A DNA stretch of 51,777 nt, the filler included, from Sphacelaria rigidula (Eukaryota), in the NCBI GenBank assembly GCA_964200075.2. It is 3 parts of 3 records of this genome, joined end to end, with 100 filler letters (N's around TTAATTAATTAA, not from the genome) between each part and the next. Parts side by side here need not be neighbours in the genome. Positions count along the whole stretch, not along the records: positions 17,295 to 34,486 come from CAXNAA020001148.1; positions 34,587 to 51,777 come from CAXNAA020001149.1; 1 more part is not named here. One strand, given 5' to 3'. A program made the translations under genes and the position numbers. This document shows, one piece after another, positions 24,701 to 38,000 of this stretch. The notes under the pieces are model-generated. The model searched no databases. It saw nothing but the letters and a program-made list of their open reading frames with translations, and was not told the origin of the DNA. Each line of letters starts with the position of its first letter. Within the stretch, counting starts at the first letter, position 1.

Positions 24701-27700
24701 AAAAGTAGTGTCGACTCCTCCGACAGACCTTTCAGTCTCCGTGTGTATGGACCACCCCGTTCCATATCATGACGTTGGAAGTCGCGCCGAACACCAATGG
24801 TACGGTACTGGAATCATGTTGTCCCTCAACATCTTTACGTGCCGCTCAGCTTAATGAAGTATATATTTTTTATTCGATCAAGGCCAGCTTGAAACTCACC
24901 ACCGTCTGAACTCGTGCCGGATGCTTTTAATATACCAACCTCGTCACGGTATAAGGGGTGCATAGCCCCTGCACAACCTTCGCCGGAAATAAATATACAT
25001 GTACATAGAAAACGACAACGTGCTGAGAAATCAACGCCGCTGACTGACTGATTGGCCCTTGCATATTTAGCGATCTGCGACGAATCCAGCCATACCATTA
25101 GATAAAAGCTTCACGAAGGTAACCCCAGCTGGACAAGCGGAGACACCACGGCGGGTATACATAATTCCTACTGTCGACCGAGGAAGTGACACCCACGTGC
25201 CGCTTGTCGCAAGACTTGAGCATACGACACCACGCTGAGTCTTACTAGCAGCTTCACACACGCGCGCGCGCGCACAAACACTCACACACACCTTCCGTCT
25301 TCTTTCCCTGGCGTTGTCATTTTCACGCATGAGCTTGAAGACCCTGGCCAACAACGCCAACATCGAGACATGAGGGAGGCGGGGGTTAGATGTCATTTGT
25401 CGGTGTCACCAACGCGAATCGATTATTAGACGACTCGTCAAATTTGTGGTTTTTTACATTCACGTGGCAGTATCCACCGAACAAACGATACTGTATTTCG
25501 AAGAACGAAACACGTATAGCCATATTTCTGGATTTCACGACGCAACAGAAGGATCGGTGTTGCTGTTGAAATAATGCTTGAATGCTTTCCGCACATCAAC
25601 TGATCCAGGAATCTTGGGTCAGCCGGGCACCGGGCGTCCACACGAAGATCTCGTAACACACTGGCTGCAACAGCATCAACTGGACCAAAAAGTACGAACA
25701 CGTGTGATGCCTCGTGAACTTGAGGAGGGACTCGATGGGAGACTTGACGTTCACCTATATAGTTCTCCTAGCTGGTTGGTGGCCGTTTGGGGGGGTATAT
25801 GTTGACGGCGGGCAAGACTGCGGGATGACACCACGCCCTACATCACCTGCCGCCCTACGTGCATGGCACTAGTGAGCCTTCACGGGGGGTGCAACCGCAC
25901 GTCTCAAGAACATAGTGTTTGATCATCCCACCATCGTTTGGAATATGACAATAGTACAGGCGTAGATGGCCACCAGTAAGCCCGGTGGGGGCTACACGCT
26001 GGTTCAATGACAAGCAAAATTAGGTGGGGGGCCTCTCACGCCGTTTTCAAGAGTTTAGGCAACGAATTCCACACACGTGTTCATCAGGTCAAGCCCGAGG
26101 TCGCCCGTGTTAGTGCCTGCTGAGTTTCGCTCGAGCTTCACCGTTTTCTCGATATCCCAGCAATAAAAATTCTGAAGGGACCCCACGGAACCCGTGAAGA
26201 CAAGCGAAAAATAGCAGGCATCAACACGGGTGACCTTGAACTTGACGTGAGGAACACGTGTGTATGTTTCGTGCCCGAACTCTCCAGGCGGCGTGAGAAG
26301 TTGATTAAACGTGAAATTGTTCCGATAATATATGGTGATACTTCCTGAGGCACGCGACCCCGAAGGAGTCGGTTAACCCTACCGATATCTGGAACGATTA
26401 AGGAACTAAGACGTTGAATTTGCCTTCGGAAACACTTACGTGAGCGTTCGTCTCTCAACTTTCGAAGTTAGCGCGATAAATCGAAGAGAATCAAACTATT
26501 TCAAGAATGTGGGTTCCAGGGGGCACTCCCGGCGGCTCATGACCTGAATAAATCGGGTATTCCGACCGAACCTCCGAACAATCGAATACTGGCGATCTCG
26601 AGCTTGCCTACAGGAACATGAATACGAGAATTTGTCGCCCAAATCCTGAAACGGCTCAAGAATTGAAGAGAACAGAGGAACTGTTGCGATAATGTGGGGC
26701 ATACAACGACCGAACACCCCAGGAAGCCGGAGTAACAGAGTGACGGAAGAAATACGTATCCACCATTGATCTTGTGCTTCATTCAGCAACACGTGCAAAA
26801 TGTGGTCTGCTCATCTTCGCAAATGGTCTGAGAAGTGGAGCACACGGAAAACTTTTCCGAGAAAGCGAAGCCCACAACGGTGGGGGACCCCAATGAACCG
26901 ATAACCGAGAGCCCTATATGGGTACGAACACCGGCGACCTCGGGCGTGCCTTCAGGGACATGTTTGTGAAATTCATCTTTAGACTCTTGAGAACGCCCTG
27001 GAAATGGAGCAAACGGGGAAGATGCTCCAAATTGATACTGTTGGGCACATGAGCTTGCGGAGAGGAAATCGTGTCGTTTCTTTTCGATAATATGGAGGCT
27101 TTCCAATGAGTGATTTCTTTGATTTATCATTTTCCAGTCGCAACAGCCATGTTCCGCAGCGTCAATTGTAGTGGCCCAGGCTCAGAGTAAAAGTCAGGGT
27201 GGCAAGAGGGGTGATCACAATCAGCAAGGACGACTGGCTCAACAGGCGTGCCAGCACCACGCAGGAGGAACGTCACCGCGCATATTGCAAGCGGTTGCAA
27301 GTGAAACCATGCCTGTGAACAGGAGTACAGGACGACGTTTGTACTGTGTATCATGTGTATCATGCAGTGCTGTTTACGGATTGTGTGTGCAGACTGCGCA
27401 CCATCGACAGCGTTGACGCCTTGGGTAGGGCTGTGTCGAGGCCATTTGTCACATTACCTTTTTAGCATAACGACTCCGCCGTGATATGCACGCAGATGAG
27501 CTTGGGACCCCTGTCAAGTGTGCGTTCGCCCTAACTGGCGCACGCAGAACTGTAAGGCTGCCCCCTTCGTTTGAATGTCTGTACCTTCGGCAAAGCCACA
27601 TGGAAAATAACTGACCCTGTGGCATGCACGCAGACCCGTACTCTTGCAAATATAATGTTAAATGTAACATGCTGAGATCGTCGAATACTCCGCAAGACCT

Positions 27701-30700
27701 CGGCGTGGTGGAAGTGGGGACATCACCGAAATATCAACGTGAAGACCCTCCAGGGCCGTACTCAAAGTTGCCATCTGGAGAGAAAGACCAGACCATTCAC
27801 CCCCGGGGCTGCCAGACCATCAGCTCTCCCTGCAAAGAGGTTACGGTACTGTCTGAAGGGGGACGTTGCCCCCTTGCCAGGCACGCCGGCAAGGGCCCTT
27901 GCCAAATCGCACTGTACACGCGACAGGAGCTTGACCTGAACCTGACAAGCGATTTGGAGGAGGAACATTCAGCCCCAAACCTTCAGAGATAAAATGGAGC
28001 CTAAACTATGCTTCTTCGCTGTGTTTCTTCGAGCATTCATCCGAAAACCGTACGAAGGTTCGGTGCTGCCTCCGTGCCCATTTGATACCGTGCCCGCTAT
28101 AATTATCAGACAGGAAGTGTTGAACGAACAAATACAATCGCGTCGGTGGTCTCCCCTGTTTCAATGCACACCGCGCCCTCAGCTGCTTGCGCTACTGAGC
28201 CTGTGACTGTGACACGTTGCTGTGGTACCAGCCAACATATCGTTCAAGTTTCGACGCCATGACTATCGCACACCATCACACACGAGGTGCGCCTTGTCTC
28301 GACGCCCAGCCTTGCAAAATTCCGCCTGCACATTATTGAAAAGGAATGAGACTGTTTACCCCGGCCACAAGGTCCCTTCTTAACGAGACGAGAAAAATGG
28401 TGATGAAGTTATGGTAATGATGAAAATATTACAGTTCACAACTTCATAATCACGGAAATCACCTGCTTTTCCCATCGAATTAAAAAAAAAAATGCAAAAT
28501 AACCACACCACACGGATCGGCGGGGGCTTCTACGATAAACTTGAAAAGCATTGGCGGCGAGCGGCGCAGCCGCAACTGCCAGCGGCCCTCCCCGGCTAGT
28601 GAGGGGGCCCCGCGGGAGCGCCACCGGTTGCAAGAAAGAATTGCGGTATTTGACTTGTTTTCCGTTCAAAAATTATCGTGGTGGGTGTAAAACTGTGAGC
28701 TCACATTAAGGAGAAAAGAGGCTTAGATGACATCGAAACCTCATTCAAAGCGGTGAGCGATTCAAAAAGCATCAATCTGTAACATGAGAAGCGGAGCATG
28801 GAAACAAGGAATCCAAGGCTGGCAGCACGTGGGATAAAAGCATGGAATTCTTCAAGTCCTCCGGACCAACAAACGCGTAAGTAGTCGAATAGCAAGCTAC
28901 CATGGTGTGATATTTGTGTTGTGCGGTCGCGGGGTTCTCGAGGGTTTTGTTATCGAATATGTCGCGCAACGACACGACAAACCTCGGCGTATAATATTGG
29001 TATATCACTACGAGGCGTGGTGAGCATGTGCTGCATCATGTCAAGAACGCCCTCCATGCAATTGGCAATAGGCATTTGGGCTTTGGCGTCTGGCAGTTCT
29101 GCATCAAGCGTCTCACTGTAAGTCGCAATGAATCATTGCCCTTCTTTATAGATCTTCATCATTCAACTGACCAGCCGTCGACCTACACGCTATGGTCGGA
29201 AGACGGAGAACGGTAGATCCACGAAGTGCCAACAAAGCAGACAGTACAAGAAAACCCCAAGTGGTCAGCGAGTTACTGGCCCAGGGCAAAGCCGTTCTTC
29301 ATGTGATTTTGTACCACTACAGAACACCAGCCTTATTCTGTACAAACCGGCCGGAACACGAAAGACGGAGCATGAAGCTATGCAACGCTGCTTCACGGGA
29401 CATCGACGAAGCCCATCAAGGAGCGCCCTCTGTCTCAAATGAAAGCACATATTCCTCCGCAATTTGCCACGAGCTACAAAAACCAACAGTTCGGCGTGCT
29501 CGGGGCTCGGCGAGTTGCGAGTCTTCGTCGGCACATCACAATTCCAGCGCATAAACACAGGTGCCCTACGGTACAGTAGTGAAAGTAGCATCTTATTTTA
29601 TTTTTTTCACTCGTCGGACTTTGAACCCCTCCCCTTCCTCGGGACGAGTCTGTGGTCTCGAGGGATCAACCCCCCTCTCCCCGGTTCACGCCGTGTCCTC
29701 CGTCTCGAAAGGGATGCGTGGTCAATGGTCAAACGACCAAGGCAAGCAACAAATGAGTACGCCGCCCCCCCCCGGTTCACGCCTTGCATTTTGGTCTCGC
29801 GGATTAGGTCATGACTATCAGAACTCCCGCACCGCGTCAACTCACGTCAAACGAACTCAGCCACGCTTCCCACGGTGGAAATCACATACTACGAAGGAAA
29901 AACCCAACGCATCGGGAATCGAACCCTCGTTCTCTCCACCCTAATGGCGACAATCGGACCATTACACCACCGAGGCGCGGCTTGGCTACTATTATAATGC
30001 ACCATGCTAAAATTGGTACAAGAAAGCCGGTAACGGCGAACCTCAAATAAACTGGACATCTTGCAACCTCGTCACCAATTCCAGCTCAACCAACAGTATT
30101 AACTATTCCATACCTTATGGATTGTGTTCACCACAAAAAGCAACCTTACTATGGCACGGAACCGCAAGTGAGGAGTTCTGCATCCAACAACGTTTTCGCG
30201 AGATTGAGAGTAGCTTTGATCACTCGCTTCAACTTAGCCAATTTTTCATTCCGTGTGTGCTTTTTTTCACCTCTGTCACTTGCGTGAGCTCACAGCTACA
30301 CGTCGAAATCCTACTCAGGGATATCAAAGGCCTCAGTTGCAAGCTAAAGTACTACAGAAAGCATATGGGGCCTCGTGAAAAGGCATTTAGGAACTGAAAC
30401 GATCAATTCACTTATTGACTGCTTTTCACTCTCAATTACACAAAAATACTGTACAACACTGCAGTCAAATAAGACATACTAGCTGTATGTACTCACGTGA
30501 CTGTTTTAACTTCGTGTAGAGCACACAGTGTTCTCGCCCAATTCCTGTGCACACCAGGGCACAGCGGCAAATTTCCAACGCAGATCTAACTGTCTCCGTT
30601 GGGTTCAAACGCATCACAGTAGAGCGAGAACAACAGCATAGAAGTGATGCACATGTCGTATAGATCATGGTCCATCTGAAAATTACTCCCTCTCCTTGTA

Positions 30701-33099
30701 CTGATGCGGATCATGATCCGGATCATTAGGCCATCCTTTCCCATGTTTGCTCCCTACAGCGCCAGGCGCTGAGCACGCCGAGTAGCGCAAAGGATACGCT
30801 TTGGCTTTTCTTACTCAGCGGTAACATTTTCACATTCTGTGTTTTTGGACGAACGGATCCGAGTCTTCTTTGATTTGGTTTGTTATTTCAGACGGATCAT
30901 GATCTGCCCGACGTGTGAAATGACGGATGTAGGCACGGAACGCCTTGATTATTTTACAGAAAGCAACAGCCAACACATCATGAAGTTTTCAACAGTGTGC
31001 AGACGGCACTACATGCCGACTACAACTTTTGTACGGACCAGGACACAGTAACAGTACAGTAGTTCAGGCAATCCCTAGCGCAGATCAAGCCGTCCTCGCA
31101 AGATTCAAACGCAGTACACTACAGTGTCAGCCACAGCATAGCAATGATGGGTCTGGACACGAAGCGTCTTGTTCGTTGCCGAAGACAAATCATGCAACAA
31201 ATACATTGTGATCTTTTCAACTTTAACAAGACAGCACAGCAGCGTGCCGACCACAACTGTTTCATACAGAGCGGGACACAGCAACGGCCCAGACGCCCAG
31301 GCTATCCCAGCGGAGAACAAACCGTCTTGGCAAGTACTCAACACACCACAGTGCAAAGGCAGCTAAAGCAAAGAGAGGGCGGAAGTCTGTTCTGCTGCAG
31401 TGCACTAACTTGCCACGTCCCATGGTTTACTTGGGTTCTCGATTTTGAACAGCTCCTCAACTTTCGTTACCCCCGTTTTCATCAGGAACCCGCCCGCTGA
31501 CCACAATTCGAAATCGTGGAGGTCACTTTAACTAAGAAGTGTCACTGATTTTGTTCCGTAAGAGTTGGTCACTTCAATGCGTGATTTGGTTTTTGAACTG
31601 GTGCCACATGAGTTACTATAGAGTTGGCAATGCGGGACAAAATCGATTAGCCGATCGTGATCGCCGTTTCTTTCCCACGACGATTTCGAACAGAGATGTA
31701 AACATCTTCTACAAAATCGGAAATGACGAGCCCTGCACCTCTGCACTAACAGATCCCAAGCGATTTTGATACGGGAAAGCAAGATCGCCAGCGGGAAAAG
31801 GCTGCATACAACAGGGAGTGGATCCACTCGAGGTCGTATACCCTAATCCATGGTTGACACAGTTTTGAAAACCCCGACCCTAGTCAATCATAACCCTGAA
31901 CACAACCAAGTTTTATCTGCAACCCTCAACCCTCAGGCAAGGGAGGTGGTGCAAAGGGCGCCCGAAGAAAAGCGTATGGTGGCAGACATCAAATCAGCGC
32001 CGATGGGGACAACACGCGTTCCGGGAGAGCTGGGAGAGCTCGGGACTGTCCGCCTCACTAAAGATCCGAATATCGGTGTTTGTACTCAAGTCAAGAATGT
32101 CTCAACCATATTGGAGGGGGGGCTACGAACTGGGGAAAACTCTACTGGGATGAAGGGTCTTGTTCGGCAGAGAGAATCGGCTGCATGAGAAACGGCACAA
32201 CGTTTTTTTAGCTCCTCAGAATTTCCGGGGAGAAGGAAAAGGGGATGCAAATCAGTTACAAATTTGATATTGATTTTGTACCGAACGAGGTGGTCCAATC
32301 TACAGGCGACGGAAACATGAATCGCTTGGTGACAAGCTCTTTCGACTTTTGTACCGGATATAGCAGTACTTGCAAAATATTACAGTATAGCACCTGTAGT
32401 AGTCCTGCCTCCTTTGCTTTCTCAATTCGGGGAACTCCGCCATCGTCTCATGTAGATTCTTTTCGTACACCTGCCGGTGAGGAGGTCGCAGATCAGGTAA
32501 CAAATCTCTTACTGCACAACAAGAGAAGAAAGGCGGGCACTTGAACATGACAGAAGAATGCGCGACATTCAAGGTGCAAGGTTCTGCAAAGACAGTGGAC
32601 ATCGAGAGTGGTATAAACCCTCGCCCCTTTCGCCTCTCTCCTCCTCCCGTAAGCTAGCTTTCGCTTTACCTTTCGCACACACCCGGTATCTGCGGGTTCA
32701 ACACGCACCGCCAAAGTTAACTGACACCTCCAGCACGTGCCGGGTGCCGGATGCTCATCTCTTTGCACCTGGTATAATGAAATGCCGGACCCGGCCCCCC
32801 GTTCGACAACTATTGTCACCTACATATATGAGGCGTCTAACGGAACTCATCAATACCCACGAATCTACACAGTTGCAACTGTACAACTGACACGTAGCCA
32901 CTCGTTCACTTCTTGGCTACCCAACCCTATCCCACGGCATCACTGGGCATACCTTGACATCTGCCTCGGTAGTGAGAGACCTGGCCATCATCCTCAACGA
33001 CAAAGAATCCACATCTGCTGAAAAGGGCATCGGCGAGGAGGATGAAGAACCAGCTCCGGCACCACCGGCACCACCACCAGAACCAGTCTCGCCGTTCAT
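18786..33099 (-). CDS. Multi-exon gene, hypothetical protein (at least 215 aa; 3' end not found)
   Basis: Eight GT-AG exons, all phase-compatible with no stops: 33099-32953, 32470-32394, 29030-28983, 28776-28705, 25343-25292, 24977-24940, 23571-23516, 18940-18786 (645 nt). Product: MNGETGSGGGAGGAGAGSSSSSPMPFSADVDSLSLRMMARSLTTEADVKVYEKNLHETMAEFPELRKQRRQDYYSTCSPRLVVIYQYYTPRLMLFESLTALNEVSMSSKPLFSLMVFKLMRENDNARERRRKVVQGLCTPYTVTSFQTGEIYEISHELLVLVDEFRELLDRLFSWCDLCLPANEQAFAESHRQKIQKFQMQIVQEMKRSNSARSQ. No family recognised. Confidence 0.72.
19686..20492 (-). mobile_element. Non-autonomous Helitron-like repeat, copy 1
   Basis: Collinear homology with 21965-22660. The minus-strand end reads ACAC-GAAG-GTGT (mini hairpin)-ACCTTTA-CTAG. 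Confidence 0.5.
21965..22662 (-). mobile_element. Non-autonomous Helitron-like repeat, copy 2
   Basis: Shares GAAAACGC.CCACGAACAC.ATTTTCGCT, TGTCTTTTTCGGAAA, TAAACTAGT and CGAGGGAGAGCGCGC with copy 1. The minus-strand end is ...ACCTTT-CTAG. Confidence 0.5.
22979..22988. other. Assembly gap (10 N)
   Basis: Run of N. Confidence 0.97.
23203..23295 (+). mobile_element. Degenerate tRNA-like (SINE head) sequence
   Basis: A-box-like TGCCCCAGAGG and B-box-like GAGTTCCAATCT at tRNA-like spacing, followed by a T-run. No intact cloverleaf. Confidence 0.35.
24670..24692. repeat. (TA)n microsatellite
   Basis: Run of TA units seen directly. Confidence 0.95.
29592..29976 (-). mobile_element. tRNA-derived SINE
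   Basis: Minus-strand head GCCTCGG-TGGTGTAATGG (A box)...AGGGTTCGATTCCC (B box), a unique body shared with 15490-15655, and an A-rich tail GAAAAAAATAAAATAAG. Confidence 0.7.
29693..29768. mobile_element. Short copy of the G-run-anchored element nested in the SINE
   Basis: GTGTCCTCCGTCTCGAAAGGGATGCGTGGTCAATGG...CAACAAATGAGTACGCCG(C)n, flanked by the direct repeat CCCCGGTTCACGCC (29679-29692 and 29769-29782). Confidence 0.85.
30188..30451. mobile_element. MITE family C (TIR about CAGTGTTTTCGTGAGATTGAGAGT), full but diverged copy
   Basis: Ends CAACGTTTTCGCGAGATTGAGAGT ... ACTCTCAATTACACAAAAATACTG. The body is homologous to 34778-35033 and the left end to 51709-51777. Confidence 0.75.
30650..30917. 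mobile_element. MITE with imperfect TIRs of about 33 bp (CAC...GTG)
   Basis: CACATGTCGTATAGATCATGGTCCATCTGAAA versus the reverse complement of TTTCAGACGGATCATGATCTGCCCGACGTGTG. No clean TSD. Confidence 0.65.
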
Positions 33100-34486
33100 T
33101 ATCCTCGAACGTGAACAAGAAGACACCTTACAGATCTGTACTGCTGCTGTTTTGCACTCTATTTCTCCGTTACAAGGTGTGTCGTTTTCGAAGCAACTTG
33201 CCAGTTGTGTGTTCCGCAGACTACGTCGCACGGTTGTCTTATGTTCGGCGAGAAATCTGCTATGAGAGCCTGATCAATTTCTATCAAACCCGGAAAAAAT
33301 CATGACCCACTGTAAAGCGGGTACTGAGTGGAAATATACTATTGTATTGTACACTGCGAGTACGAGCATACTACAGTATTGTGAAAGGACAATGACACGG
33401 TTTGGACCCGCCACTATGCATAGGGATACGAATCCACCATGCCCGATTCTCCGTATAGGCGGAAGGGAAAAAAGTGACGGTACAGGAAAGGCTAGCCTAC
33501 GTCTGTGACCACGGGTTTGAGAGATCAGGCAAATGTGCGGAAATAGCCCCATTTGCGAAATAATAATATGTCGCTACAAGTATGATCGCTGAGATCTTGG
33601 CATGTAAAATATTGGATCAATTTTTATTGGGACCAATCTGTAGTATCAGGACAGGCTGGTTCACCCGTATCTCCCACAATTGCGTTTTCACACAAAATCC
33701 CTTCCGCAATACCTATGATGCTTCGGAGCACATACACTCATAGTCCGTGTATAGGATTTGTACACTGTGGAGGCTGTTGAAGAATCCACCCTCCTTTGCT
33801 CAATGATGTGTGAATTGGGGGGCAAGAGGATGAATTTTCAACAATCTCTGCTGCCTCTCGAATCGCTGATTATACGGTGCAGTATGTGGGACTTGAACAG
33901 CAGAGGCTGCTCGCAAGTATTTTATTTTTTGTGCCCGATTTCAGAATGAAATGAATGGCGGGCAAAATGAGGATTTAGTTCGAACAACTTCTCTCATGTA
34001 TACAAATCCCGTTTGCCAGTGTATATAGGCTTTGTACAACCCCTGCTGTTCGGAATAAATCTTTCATTCCCGATTCGAAGTTTGGAATCGGGCTTCAAGG
34101 ATTTATTTCGGACAGCAGGGGCTGTTCAAATTCCGGGTTTCCATAGCACGAGTGCCTTCGAAAACAATCCAAGAGATTTCGATATTTATTATAATGATGA
34201 ATAATACATCATGGAGAGTTTCGGAAAACATTTTTTCAGCCAAAAGCTCCGGGAAAATTTGCGTCTTCTTACTAGAATTCAATCAAACGATAATTATCCC
34301 TGAGTTTTCTGGCCTATTTTTGTTTCCCGAAACTCCCCATACTGATCATTACTTTACTATTGGCATAATCTCTCTAGAGGGGGAACCTGACCCGCAGAGG
34401 GCGTGATATCGATAAAAATCCTTCAAACAGCGGATCATATATGTTGAGGATGGAGATTTTCATTGAGGATGAGAACCCGGAGGATT

Positions 34487-34586
34487 NNNNNNNNNNNNNN
34501 NNNNNNNNNNNNNNNNNNNNNNNNNNNNNNTTAATTAATTAANNNNNNNNNNNNNNNNNNNNNNNNNNNNNNNNNNNNNNNNNNNN
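34487..34586. other. Artificial contig linker (N44-TTAATTAATTAA-N44)
   Basis: Same structure as 17195-17294. Confidence 0.97.
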
Positions 34587-34777
34587 TACCGCCATCGACA
34601 CGCGTGTACACCGTATTCGTTGGGTGCACCTAGCCCGAACTGCCCAAGTCCTTCTCCGGATTTTTGGGGGAAAATACGTTCCTTTTGTGCTACTGTTTTG
34701 GTATTTTCCCAACGGAAGCGATTTGCGGGTTGAACCTCATTTTATAGTTCAACCCCAAAAATTAGGATCGGCTGTTA

Positions 34778-35033
34778 GTAGCTTTCGTCATTCGCTTTAA
34801 CTTAGCCATTTTTTCATTCCGTGCGTGCTTTTCTTTGCCTCCATCACTGCCGTGTGCGTACAGCTACACGTCGATATCCTACTCACGGATAGCAAGGACC
34901 TCGGTGGCAAGCTACCACAGAAAGCATATCGGGCCTCGTAAAGGAGAATTTCGGAACTGAAATGGTTCATTCACTAATTGACCGCTTGTCACTCTCAATC
35001 ATATCCTCCACTCTCAATCTCACGAAAACACTG
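34778..35033. mobile_element. MITE family C, left-truncated copy
   Basis: Homologous to 30209-30451. Ends ACTCTCAATCTCACGAAAACACTG. Confidence 0.75.
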
Positions 35034-35040
35034 CTGGCTA

Positions 35041-38000
35041 TCATCGCCAGCAATATCTCCATTTTGCTGGTATGAGCTCGGACCTTTGGGTCGAGTCTCT
35101 CTTCATCGCTGAGGTTGCGGTGACCATGGCATCAATCCTCTTTTGTCTTGATTTTATATCGAACGCGTGTGCATATAGTGGGAAATTTACCTGTAGGTGC
35201 ACGTTTCCGGGCATTGTTTCCTGTGGGAAACTTGGTTTCCGCTTGAATAATTCCACTAACCCGTTTGCTTTTTCTCGTGTTACGAGACGGCGGGTCAGTT
35301 GAAGGCGCGCTATTCAGTTTGTGCTTGATTCTGTACGCGTCTGTGATGCGGCGTTGACATCGGGGTACCTCGTCCGCTCGATACTCTAGGTCAGTTGATA
35401 GGCTATAGCCTTTGAATCTGAGGCGGTATTTATCATTGAGGTCACATTTTTTTGTGAGTTTCGTTTACGTCCCACCCCTTGTCAACGGTGTAGCATCCGA
35501 TTTTGTTTCGTTTGTGCTGCATCTGGGCGGTTAACCTCTGGAAGAGGCAACATTTCCCCAAGAAGAAGTCGGCAAGGCGATCAAAGTCGGGCGCCGTTGC
35601 TTTCTCCTGTGGGTAGAATTTTTTAGAGTGAGCCAAGTGTACGGACGTTTGATTCACGTCGTTGCCCAACTTTACTTTGTTTACTAGTGGCGATACTTTG
35701 GCACAAATAACGCCATATGCACGCATGGTTGCCTAGTTGTCTTGTTTGACTGAACTGCGCGTTGCCAGCAGAGAGTGTAGTGTTGAGTGTACCCGCTCTG
35801 AAACTGCGTTGCCTGGAGGTGTGAACGAAGTCGTGCGGGTTTTCTCAGTTTGTAGCAGTGTCTATAGCTGGTTAATTACCCGGTTCTCAGGCTCTTTGCC
35901 TTGGGTGATCCGAGTCAACTTTTCCGGAATATCGAATGTTGTAAGAACTCTGTCGATCATCATCAGATTCTGTGCTTTTTCTGGTTTCAGGGTGAGGCCC
36001 GCTGCTTGCAGTGCCTTGAACATGTCCTCAAATAGAGTCAGGTGGCTTTCCCACGAAAAAAACATGCGATTAATCGTCCATGCACACCAGGAGGCCGCTT
36101 TTCGGTCCAAAGTGTGGAAAGTGAGAGCCATTACTCGTGAAAAGATAAATAGGAATGGCGCTAATCCGAGTGGGAAACGGCTGAATACCCCCCATCTACC
36201 TTCACTCGTGATGGAGGCTGTCATCTCCTTTTCTTCTTCCGCTATAGGGGTTGGGTGCACTCTGGACATCAAAGACAGAAATCATTTTGCTCCCGCCACC
36301 GTGTCAATGAGGTTTCATGTGAGGCATCGGCCATGATTTACGAACCAGACTTTTGTTGAGTGTAGATCTATAGTCTACGCAAAATTGAGTTCGCTCGATG
36401 ATCAACTCTTTCCATTTCGTGTACACATTTGTTGATGACCTCTTGTACCCTTGGGTTGGCCCCGAACAGCGGTCTGGAAACTCGTTATGCATCCGCTGGA
36501 GTGGAATTTGGCTTCACTTATCGTGTAGCTTCCTAACTCCTGTCATGAAAACGAAAAGATTGTCCGGTATTTAGTATACAGATCGAGGACTTGGGCCTCT
36601 TCCTGCGAAAAATGTGCGGCTTTGTAAAGAGTTGGGATAAAAGTGCATTGCGCGTCTCATGATCCATCACAGTTTGAGGATTTCGCTTTTTTTCACACTT
36701 GTCGATGACTTCTTGTACCCTTGGGTTGGTCCTGTCGGGCGTCTGTCGACCTGTTGTGTAACCGGTTGGAGTGGACATTTAGCTTCACTTATCATTCAGC
36801 ATCCTAACCCCTGCGGTGAACACGAAAAGATTTTCCGGTATCAAGTACACAGATCGAGAACTTCGGTCTCTCTGCTCCTGCGACTTGAGATCAGCAACTG
36901 CACTGCCTGTGCTTGTCTGTTCATGCAATGTATCCTAACACAGTGTTTCGCTCAGTACGGGCGTGCCTGCCGGATGGATTGGCTACCTGAACCGTAGCTG
37001 TCTCATTCACCGTTGACCATGTACAAACTGCGTGCGACGATCAGATATTTGAAACTGATGGTATGCCCAACGATTGAACGTCCTGTTCGGTGACTATGCG
37101 CGGCTCAATTAACGCAGTGAATGCCACTTCAGGAGGTTCATCCGAGTCGACATGAGGAGCCATCTCAGTTTGCGGAGGAACACATTCTTTCGTGAGAGAT
37201 ATTGGGGCATGCTGCGCCGCAATTTCTATTCTGACACGGAACATGCGCTATGTCCCCTGAGTGTAGAATTGCTTGACCCCTTCTGTCTCTTGTGTGTAGT
37301 TATGATACTGACATTAGAATTTCGGAACGATTATGTCTCAGCTTCCCACTCTATAATGCCTCGAAACCCTCGCATCGGTGAATTATCAATCAGCATGTGG
37401 TGGGGAAGTCTGAATCTCGTAAAACAAATGCTTCGATAGGTAGATGGGTTGATAAGTGCGAGTTCGCCCTTTGACTAGCCCTGCTGGTGACAAATGATGC
37501 ACACCGGAAGCTAAGTTCGCGTTTCGCTGACTCTTACAACCCTCTCAACTCGAATAACTATGCACACATGACCCCAACGTTTCACCTGCTGGAGGGTTCC
37601 TTGGTTCCTCATGGTTTGGATGATGTCGCCATCGGTGAGACAGTGTTCTCCGCACGCGTAAGTGAAAGTGCTTTGCACACGTAGGTTCAAAATCTCTTCG
37701 TTGACGCCACTGTGAAATGGGCTTCGCTAGGGGTGAGGCAGTAGAGCTACGGGTGCCGAAGAAGAACGTTGTCGTACCCTGCCGCCGAAGGATCTCCAGA
37801 GCGAGGCGCAATTCTCTTTCTTGTCATTTGGGCAAGGATGCGGCCGCGACCGACGGTAGGCAAGGAGAAGAAGAAGTGAACGAGGTGGTACAGTCGTACC
37901 GTCTACGTTCTACCAGCATTCATGCGGTGACCCCGTTATTGTGGGCTCTTGTACCGAAGACCCGGGCCTAGGTTGCCGACGATCAATTTCACAGTTTTGA

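Noticed and set aside
26138-27130. Decayed coding-like region (gag or viral remnant?)
   Set aside because: Frames are broken by stops and no diagnostic motif was recognised. It needs tblastx or an HMM search.
28983-29115. Longer exon with in-frame TGA before CSTC (selenoprotein-like)
   Set aside because: A good acceptor (cttgacatgatgcag) lies just after the TGA and gives a stop-free, phase-compatible 48-nt exon. No SECIS evidence.
29905-29976. tRNA gene
   Set aside because: A and B boxes are present but there is no proper cloverleaf, and it is attached to a repeated body with an A-rich tail, so it is called a SINE head.
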